From assembly GCA_965198905.1 (NCBI GenBank), contig OZ240678.1:1329361-1393360 (forward strand): a DNA stretch of 64,000 nt, in the 5' to 3' direction. Source of the stretch: Caulobacteraceae bacterium. GTDB lineage: Bacteria; Pseudomonadota; Alphaproteobacteria; Caulobacterales; Caulobacteraceae. The translations under genes and the position numbers were made by a program. Below, one piece after another: positions 57,405-64,000 of this stretch (position 1 is its first letter; the number at the start of each line of letters is the position of its first letter). The notes below the pieces were generated by a model. That model was given only the letters and a program-made list of their open reading frames with translations, did not search any database and was not told the DNA's origin.

Positions 57405-57447
57405 TCAAAAAAGAACGGCGGTGTAAAGCTTTCGCCTCGCACCGCCG
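57405..57447 (-). terminator. Rho-independent terminator after the giant GLUG gene
   Basis: The minus-strand RNA reads CGGCGGUG-(16 nt loop)-CACCGCCG-UUCUUUUUUG. This is a perfect 8-bp GC-rich stem plus a U-tract, starting 36 nt after the stop codon. Confidence 0.7.
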
Positions 57448-57482
57448 CCCGACATTACACTATGGCGTTCAACCTGACCGGC

Positions 57483-60400
57483 TTAGTCGCCGGTAAGATT
57501 GGACAGGGTGTTCTCCACCATCAGGTAGGGATAGCCCCCATTGGTGTCCGGGTTGATCGCCCAGATGTTGGTGAAGTCAAAGCCTGCGTACGAAGCCTGC
57601 ATCATCGCCTGTGCGTCGGTGAGCGGGGTCAACCCCAGGATCGAGCCCGTGCCGACCCCAGGAACGGCCGTCCCGTTGATGCCGGTGTCGTAGTAGGTCG
57701 AGGTCAACGTCCCGGCGTTGTTGCCCACGAAGGCTCCGACGTTGGTTCCCCCCGTGTTGTCAGTCATAGCCACCGAGCCGATCGTATAAGAGGTGGAGAT
57801 AGCCCCAGTGTTGTAGCCGGCGAAGCCGCCGATGTTCATCATGCCGGAGCTGTTTTGCACCACACCCGTCGAGTAGCTGTTGGTCACCGTGCCGGCGTTC
57901 CAGCCGATCAGGCCACCGAAGTCGGCGCCCGCCGTATAGTCCCCGTTCAGGTAGACGGGGCCCGTCGCCACGACCTGGTCGACCGTCGCCATGGTGGCGG
58001 CCCCGACCGTGGGCGCCCCGCTGTAGCCGATCGCGCCGCCGACATAATCCGCACCGTAGACGTCGAAGTCGCTCTCAGCTTGCGATACGGCGCCGAAGTT
58101 ACGTCCGACGACGCCACCGATCGAGTCCATGCCAAGGACCTCACCGCCGCCTGTGGCGGACACGAGGCTGACCGTTCCGTAGTTCTTGCCCACGATCCCG
58201 CCCACGGAGTTGCTGTCGTTAGAGGTGATGGACGAGCCTATGATCGCGGAGCTTGTAACGAGGCCGTACGGGTCGTTGAACCCGACGAGGCCGCCGACGT
58301 CCGCTTCGCTGCCGCTACCCGTCACCCCGAACCCGGAAATCGACAGGTCCGCGGCAGTCGCGTTGCTGACGACCGCGGGTGTTGTGGAGCCGGAGCCTTG
58401 CATCACGCCGTTGTAGCCGACGATGCCGCCGACATACTCGTCGCCGACAACGTTGCCGCCATCCACCGTCGCGAGGTTCACCGTGCCAAAGTTCTTACCG
58501 ACGGCGCCGCCGACGGCGGCCGACCCTAATACCTCGTTTCCGATCGTCTTGACGCTGCTGACCAGCCCCGCGTTCTTGCCGACGACGCCGCCGACTGCGA
58601 AGCCGCCATAGGATGATTCCCCAGTCCCCGCCGTGTTTATCGAACCGAGGACGGGGTTTCCAAAGCTCGAAACGTTGGTGATCTGGCCGTAGGGATCGTT
58701 GAAGCCGACCACGCCACCGACATCTGCCTCGGCGTTGGTCGTCGCCGTGCCTTCCACGGTCGTGCGGTAAACAGTGTATTCGAAGTCGCTGTTCGACACG
58801 GTCGCAGGCGTCGTCGATCCGGACCCCTCTGGCACGCCGTTATAACCCACCAGGCCGCCGACGTATTCGCCGCCCGCCACCGTACTGTATTCAGTGCTGT
58901 CATAGGCCACCGTGCCGAAGTTCTTGCCGATCAGGCCGCCCACGGCGGCGGCGCCGGTGATGTTGGAGTCTTCGACGTAGCTGAACTCGACACCGCCGTA
59001 GTTCTTACCCACCAGGCCGCCGACCGCATAGCCCGCCCCGGTCACCGTCCCTCCGCCCTGAGAGTTGATCACGAGGCCGCTCGACGCGTTGTAGCCGACC
59101 ACGCCGCCGACATCATTTTCGACGTTGGCGCCCGTGTCGGTGACCGTTCCCTCAAACACTGCGTTCGAGAGCGTCGCCGTCGCCGTCGAGGTCCCGGACT
59201 GCGGAGCGCCGTTATAGCCGACCACACCGCCGACATAGGTGCCGGACCCCGTGACGTCGGAGTTGGAGGTCAGGGAGAAGGCGTTGCCGAAGTTCTTGCC
59301 GATGACGCCGCCGACGCCCCCCGAGCCGCTGACCGTAGAGTCGTAGACCGCGACGTCCAGCAGCGTACCGGAGTTCTTTCCGATCAGCCCGCCGACGGCG
59401 TTGAAGCCCATGACGTCGGCGCTCTCAAGCGTCAGATCCTCGACGGAACCCGCCGCGCCAAGGTTGGCGATCAGGCCGACCGAGGTGGAGGTCGGGCGCC
59501 CGATAGTGAGGTCGGAGATGCTGTAACCATTCCCCTGCAGCGAGCCGGTGAAGGGTGTCGCGTCTGAGCCGAGCGGCACGAAGCCGTAATTGCCCGCCGC
59601 GTCTGCAGTGGTGGAGTTCCGCCACACGTCGCCTGGAGCGTTGCCGGTGGCGGAGGCGTCGATGGCGCCGGCCAGGGTGTAGCTGGCGGTCGGATCGAGC
59701 GCGATCAGCTGCAGCTGGTGCGCGTTGTTGATGGTGGTGGAGTATTCAGCCCGCAGCAGCGGCCGGGTCGAGCCGTCGATGATGTACCAGGTGTTGGAGA
59801 AGTCGAACGCGCCATAGGTCGCCTGGGCGTAGGGGTCGTTGCTGGAGCCGCCGACGCGCGTGGCGCCGACCGTTCCGGTGTTCGAGCCCACCGCCGTCCC
59901 GGTCCCCGTGGACGACTGGTCGAAGAAGAGGTTGGACAGGGCGCCCGCATTGGTTCCTGCCAAGGCGCCGACGACGCCGTCGATGCTCCGCGGGTCGGTC
60001 GTGGCGGAGCCATCGGTCATCAGGGGCCCTGAAGCATAGGCCCGGGTGATCGCGCCCATGGCGCCGTTCACGCCGACCAGTCCGCCGACCGTGTAGCCGG
60101 CGTCGTTCCCGTTGGAGACGCTGGTGGTCCCGACCGAGTAGACGTCTGAGACGGCGCCGGCGTTCTCGCCGATCAGGCCGCCCATGACGACCATGTTGTT
60201 GGCGTTGACGTCGTTATCCGAGACATAGGCCCCCGAATAGGACGTATTGATCGCGCCGGCGTTGTAGCCGACCAGGCCGCCGATCGGGCCCACAACGTCG
60301 CTATTGTCATAGTTCTGCAGATAGACTTCGCCGTCGGACCAGGAGCCGGAGAGGGTTCCGGCCGCGTCGTTGCGACCGAGCACTCCACCCACGTCCATCT

Positions 60401-63400
60401 GCCCCACGACCTCGTTGTAGGCGCTGGAGTTGCTCACCGTCGGCGCGTAGCCGCTGGTGGCGCCGGTCGGCGTGGTGTTCCAGCCGACGACGCCGCCCAC
60501 ATAGTCGCGACCGGAGACGTAGCCGCTGTAGGCGATCGAGTTGGAGACCGACCCGAAGTTCTTGCCGACGATGCCGCCGACCGCGTCCTGGCCGTAAACC
60601 TTCACATTGCCATTGAGATTGACGCTGAGAGCTTTCACGGCATCGATATTATCGTCGCCATTGAAGGAGCCGTACTGGCTTGCGGTCACCGTGCCGTAGT
60701 TCTTACCGACGATGCCGCCGACCGCATTTGCGCTGGTGTCGACGTAGGTCGCCGCCAAGGCGCCGGTCACCAAGCCGCCGGCCGCGTTCAGGCCGACCAC
60801 GCCGCCGAAGCTCGAGGCAGCGCCCGCAGCGGCTTCAGACTGAACGGTGGTGGCCTCGACCTGGACCGTGCCTGTCGTGCCGGAGTTGTAGCCCGCCACG
60901 CCGCCGACGTTGGACGCGGAGAAAGCGATGATGTTCGTACCGGACACCGTATCGACGCCAGTGGCGCCGGTCAGCGAACCAGCGTTGAAGCCGACCAAGC
61001 CACCGATGTCGACCGCCGAGTCTCCAAAGGCGAATACTGCCGTATTGATGGCGCTGACGTTGCTGATTGTGGATCCGACATCGTTGTAGCCCACCGCGCC
61101 ACCGAGATAGTTCCCGCTGCCCACAACTGTACCCGTCACGGTAGAGTCGCTGACCACGGCGGTGGACGCTGCGGTGGAGCCGCTCGGGACGGTGTTCCAG
61201 CCCACCAGGCCGCCGACATAATCAGCCCCGGTAACCTTGCCCGAGATGCCGGCCACCCCGGCGGACGCATAGGCGAGCGTGCCGAAGTTCTTGCCGATCA
61301 CGCCGCCGACCGCGTCGTTGCCGGCCACCGTATCGTTGGAGAGGATGACGTCGGTCACCAGGCCGGAGTTCTTGCCCGCCACCGTGCCGACGGCGTTGAA
61401 GCCGGTGATGTTCGCCCCGGTCAGGATGACGTTCTCCACCGTGCCCGCCGCGCCCACATTGCCGAACAGGCCGATGGACGTCGCCGTCGGGGTGTTGATG
61501 GTGAGGTTGGAGATGGTGTGGTTCGCCCCGGAGGTCGCGTCCGCCCCATTAAACGTGCCGGTGTAGGACGTCGCGTCCGTGCCGATCGGGGAGAAGCCCT
61601 TGGTGCTCCACATGTCGGAAGCGTTGGCGCCGTTGGTCGGCGTCGCGTCGATGTCGGCGCCCAGGGTGTAGCTGAAGCCCGGGTTCAACGCCGCCAGCTG
61701 AAGCTGGTGCAGGTTGATGATCACGCCGTTGTCGGCGACAGCTTCCGACTGCAGGAAGGGCCGGGTCGAACCTTCGAAGATCACGAAGCCGCCCGTGCCG
61801 AAGTTCAGATTGGGATAGCTGGACATGGCGTAGGGGCTGAGGGCGCCGCCGCCGGTATCGATGGCCGAGGCCTCATCCGTACCCATCTCGGAACCCGCCG
61901 TGAGGGTCTGGCCGGTGGTCGTCTGGTCGAAGTAGACGCTGTTGGCGATCGCGCCGTAGTTGATCCCGGTCACCCCGCCCATGGTCGAGCCGTTGGCCGC
62001 AGAGACCAGGCCCGTCGCGTAGGCCTGGCTCACCGCCGCATCGGCGTCGTTATAGCCGATGAGGCCGCCCAGATAGTCGTCCGTCGAATTCGCGGCCGTC
62101 ACCGAACCGAGCGAATAGGCGTAGGAGACTGCGCCGTCGTTGTAGCCGACGAGACCCCCGAGGTTGGCCCCATCCGCCCCGCCCCCGGCATAGGTGTCGG
62201 TCACCGCGCCTGTGGCGTAGGCCTGGCCGATGACGGCGTTGGTGTAGTTGTAGCCTACGAGGCCGCCTGCATACGAGAAGCCGCCGTCGATGGTGACCGA
62301 GCCGGTCGCGAAAGACGCCTGCGCGCCGCCGATCGTCCCGACATTGTATCCGACCAAGCCGCCGACGAAGGCGTTGGCCGCGCCGGTTACGGAAACCGCT
62401 CCAGCCGCAGAAGAACTGCTGATCATGCCGTTGTTTTCGCCGATGAGGCCGCCGACGAGATCCGCACCTTGCGCCGTGACAGCCCCGGTCGCGACTGTGT
62501 TGGCGACCGTGGCGTTGCTGCCGTTATAGCCAACCAACCCGCCGATGCTGTTGCGGTCCGAGCCATCCGCCGTGCCCGTTTCGCCCACCGCGCCGGCAGC
62601 GCTGGATCCAGAGATCGCGCCGTCGTTATAGCCGACGAGGCCACCGGCGTAGTTGGACATTCCGCTCATTGCGGCGTCGACGCTGACCGTGCCGCTCGCG
62701 CTGGACCCTGCGATCGTTCCGCCCATGACGTTGAAGCCGACCAGGCCGCCGGCGATCGTCTGGCCGCCGGTTCCGCTCACCGCCGCCGAGGACGTGGACC
62801 CCGTGATCGCGCCGGAATTGTAGCCGGCAAGGCCGCCTTCGTAGCTGAAGCTGCCTGTCACGATCCCGGTTGCGCCATAGCTGGCGTTGTAGCCTGCGAT
62901 CGGCGCGACGGTGACGCCGTCGAGGGTTCCGGTGGTCGTGTTATAGCCGACCGCGCCACCGAGATAGTCCGGCGAGCCGCTGGTCGGGTTGGCTGCGGCC
63001 TCCACGACCTGCGCGCCGACATTGGAGTTGCTGATGGCGCCGGCGTTATAGCCCACCAGGCCGCCGATGGCCTCGCCCGCGCTGCCGGCGCCCATCACCT
63101 GGCCGCCGCCACCGGACGAGCCTTGGATGATCGAGCCGACGTCGTTGTAGCCGACCAGCCCGCCGATATAGTTGCCGCTGCCGCTGACCCGGGTCGATGC
63201 GCCGGTATAGCTGCCGTCCTCGACGATGGCGGTGGAAGGCGCGGTGGACCCCGACGGCGTGGTGTTCCAGCCGACGACCCCGCCGACATAGTTGACGCCG
63301 CTCACCGTCGAGCTGCTGACGATGAAGTCGTCGTCGACGGTGGCGAAGTTCTTGCCGACCACGCCGCCGGTCGCGTCCTCACCGACGATATGGCTGGCCT

Positions 63401-64000
63401 GGGCGTCGCTGTTGCTGACGGTTCCGTAGTTCTTGCCGACCACGCCGCCCGTGGCGTTCCCGCCGGTGATGCTGGATACGTAGGCGCTGTCGCCGGAGAT
63501 CACGCCCCCGACGTCGTTCAGACCGACCACGCCGCCGGTGCTCACGCCGCCGGCGGTGTTGGTGACGGTGGCGTAGTAGGCCTGCGCCCCGGAGATCGTA
63601 CCGGCGTTGTAGCCGGCCACGCCGCCGACGCCCGTGCTCGTCGCGCCCGTACCCTGAACTGAGCCACCACCGATAAAGTTAAACCCGAACTGGGCGCCGT
63701 AGAGGTTCGCCTCAATGATCGAGCCCGCGGAGTTGTAGCCCGCCAGGCCGCCGATGTAGTTGCCCGCGCCGCTGACGTTGGCTGCGGAAAATATGTCGGA
63801 CGCCACGGCGGTGGAGGGTGCGGTGGAGCCGCTCAGGACGGTGTTGTATCCGATCACCCCGCCGACATAGTCCTGGCCGGTGATCGTCGCGCCGTCGAAG
63901 CCGGACTCGCTGTCCCCGACGTTGGCGAAGTTCTTGCCGACCACGCCGCCGACCGCATCGTTGCCGTTGACGGTGAGGTCGACGTCGACGCCGTAGACCG
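57483..64000 (-). CDS. Giant GLUG-motif repeat surface protein / putative adhesin (partial; N-terminus beyond the right window edge)
   Basis: More than 2,170 codons are open to the window edge; the 'M' at 63944 is an internal GTG in ...DAVGGVVGKNF. Dozens of GLUG-type units are present (GGLVGYNxGxIxxS, GGVVGKNFGTV), organised in three ~650-750-aa supermodules separated by the junction motif FDF..W.I.GSTRP.L..E...HQLQL.AL.P..SYTL.A.IDA. Confidence 0.85.
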   Translation of the reverse strand, partial: VYGVDVDLTVNGNDAVGGVVGKNFANVGDSESGFDGATITGQDYVGGVIGYNTVLSGSTAPSTAVASDIFSAANVSGAGNYIGGLAGYNSAGSIIEANLYGAQFGFNFIGGGSVQGTGATSTGVGGVAGYNAGTISGAQAYYATVTNTAGGVSTGGVVGLNDVGGVISGDSAYVSSITGGNATGGVVGKNYGTVSNSDAQASHIVGEDATGGVVGKNFATVDDDFIVSSSTVSGVNYVGGVVGWNTTPSGSTAPSTAIVEDGSYTGASTRVSGSGNYIGGLVGYNDVGSIIQGSSGGGGQVMGAGSAGEAIGGLVGYNAGAISNSNVGAQVVEAAANPTSGSPDYLGGAVGYNTTTGTLDGVTVAPIAGYNASYGATGIVTGSFSYEGGLAGYNSGAITGSTSSAAVSGTGGQTIAGGLVGFNVMGGTIAGSSASGTVSVDAAMSGMSNYAGGLVGYNDGAISGSSAAGAVGETGTADGSDRNSIGGLVGYNGSNATVANTVATGAVTAQGADLVGGLIGENNGMISSSSAAGAVSVTGAANAFVGGLVGYNVGTIGGAQASFATGSVTIDGGFSYAGGLVGYNYTNAVIGQAYATGAVTDTYAGGGADGANLGGLVGYNDGAVSYAYSLGSVTAANSTDDYLGGLIGYNDADAAVSQAYATGLVSAANGSTMGGVTGINYGAIANSVYFDQTTTGQTLTAGSEMGTDEASAIDTGGGALSPYAMSSYPNLNFGTGGFVIFEGSTRPFLQSEAVADNGVIINLHQLQLAALNPGFSYTLGADIDATPTNGANASDMWSTKGFSPIGTDATSYTGTFNGADATSGANHTISNLTINTPTATSIGLFGNVGAAGTVENVILTGANITGFNAVGTVAGKNSGLVTDVILSNDTVAGNDAVGGVIGKNFGTLAYASAGVAGISGKVTGADYVGGLVGWNTVPSGSTAASTAVVSDSTVTGTVVGSGNYLGGAVGYNDVGSTISNVSAINTAVFAFGDSAVDIGGLVGFNAGSLTGATGVDTVSGTNIIAFSASNVGGVAGYNSGTTGTVQVEATTVQSEAAAGAASSFGGVVGLNAAGGLVTGALAATYVDTSANAVGGIVGKNYGTVTASQYGSFNGDDNIDAVKALSVNLNGNVKVYGQDAVGGIVGKNFGSVSNSIAYSGYVSGRDYVGGVVGWNTTPTGATSGYAPTVSNSSAYNEVVGQMDVGGVLGRNDAAGTLSGSWSDGEVYLQNYDNSDVVGPIGGLVGYNAGAINTSYSGAYVSDNDVNANNMVVMGGLIGENAGAVSDVYSVGTTSVSNGNDAGYTVGGLVGVNGAMGAITRAYASGPLMTDGSATTDPRSIDGVVGALAGTNAGALSNLFFDQSSTGTGTAVGSNTGTVGATRVGGSSNDPYAQATYGAFDFSNTWYIIDGSTRPLLRAEYSTTINNAHQLQLIALDPTASYTLAGAIDASATGNAPGDVWRNSTTADAAGNYGFVPLGSDATPFTGSLQGNGYSISDLTIGRPTSTSVGLIANLGAAGSVEDLTLESADVMGFNAVGGLIGKNSGTLLDVAVYDSTVSGSGGVGGVIGKNFGNAFSLTSNSDVTGSGTYVGGVVGYNGAPQSGTSTATATLSNAVFEGTVTDTGANVENDVGGVVGYNASSGLVINSQGGGTVTGAGYAVGGLVGKNYGGVEFSYVEDSNITGAAAVGGLIGKNFGTVAYDSTEYSTVAGGEYVGGLVGYNGVPEGSGSTTPATVSNSDFEYTVYRTTVEGTATTNAEADVGGVVGFNDPYGQITNVSSFGNPVLGSINTAGTGESSYGGFAVGGVVGKNAGLVSSVKTIGNEVLGSAAVGGAVGKNFGTVNLATVDGGNVVGDEYVGGIVGYNGVMQGSGSTTPAVVSNATAADLSISGFGVTGSGSEADVGGLVGFNDPYGLVTSSAIIGSSITSNDSNSVGGIVGKNYGTVSLVSATGGGEVLGMDSIGGVVGRNFGAVSQAESDFDVYGADYVGGAIGYSGAPTVGAATMATVDQVVATGPVYLNGDYTAGADFGGLIGWNAGTVTNSYSTGVVQNSSGMMNIGGFAGYNTGAISTSYTIGSVAMTDNTGGTNVGAFVGNNAGTLTSTYYDTGINGTAVPGVGTGSILGLTPLTDAQAMMQASYAGFDFTNIWAINPDTNGGYPYLMVENTLSNLTGD

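Noticed and set aside
57462-63662. Plus-strand ORFs (57462-58529, 61518-63662) and many short ORFs inside the GLUG gene. I also considered whether the periodic DNA repeats could be a CRISPR or satellite array.
   Set aside because: The repeats are in-frame coding repeats (GLUG units) of variable sequence, with no unique spacers of fixed length. The antisense frames are Arg/Ala/Asp/Gly mirror images of the Gly/Val/Ala-rich protein.

Overview
High-GC (~67%) alphaproteobacterial-type chromosomal window. It is densely coding, and I saw no rRNA, tRNA, CRISPR array, transposase or integrase. All domain calls come from reading the ORF-track translations by eye; no database search was run.

Layout, left to right:
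(i) 1-9.7 kb: the start of an imp-type type VI secretion cluster on the minus strand, tssA-tssB-tssC-impD (a tssC paralogue)-tagJ/impE, running off the left edge. A sigma-54-like -24/-12 element sits in front of tssB. Next to it are a divergent Ser/Thr kinase with a periplasmic sensor and HAMP domain, a LysM/His-rich lipoprotein, and an orphan DUF1795 (Eag-chaperone-like) gene.
(ii) 9.8-18.8 kb: a complete kdp locus (micro-ORF, kdpF-A-B-C, an outer-membrane barrel, kdpD-kdpE) with a KdpE-box-like direct repeat.
(iii) 19-29 kb: housekeeping genes, namely GST, EcsC-like, DsbA-like, dut, coaBC, rpoN-hpf-ptsN, DUF1150-hsp20 and a secreted Gly/Tyr-rich low-complexity protein.
(iv) 29-35.7 kb: a LysR-linked valine/isobutyrate catabolic operon.
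(v) 35.8-45 kb: FMN reductase, a CopB remnant, DUF2254, DUF389, mutY/DUF721, DUF559 plus a deleted copy, and thiC with a TPP riboswitch.
(vi) 45.3-64 kb, the most unusual part:
- a CDP-hexose pathway that includes a C-methyltransferase;
- a ~6 kb low-GC (~40-53%) island encoding a two-domain GT2 polymerase-like enzyme, a sulfotransferase-coiled-coil-amphipathic-helix protein (WbdD-like terminator/ruler architecture) and a methyltransferase;
- a GLUG-repeat giant surface protein of more than 2,170 aa running off the right edge.

Three families of palindromic REP/MITE-like repeats are scattered through the window. Some lie inside operons and one lies in the thiC leader.
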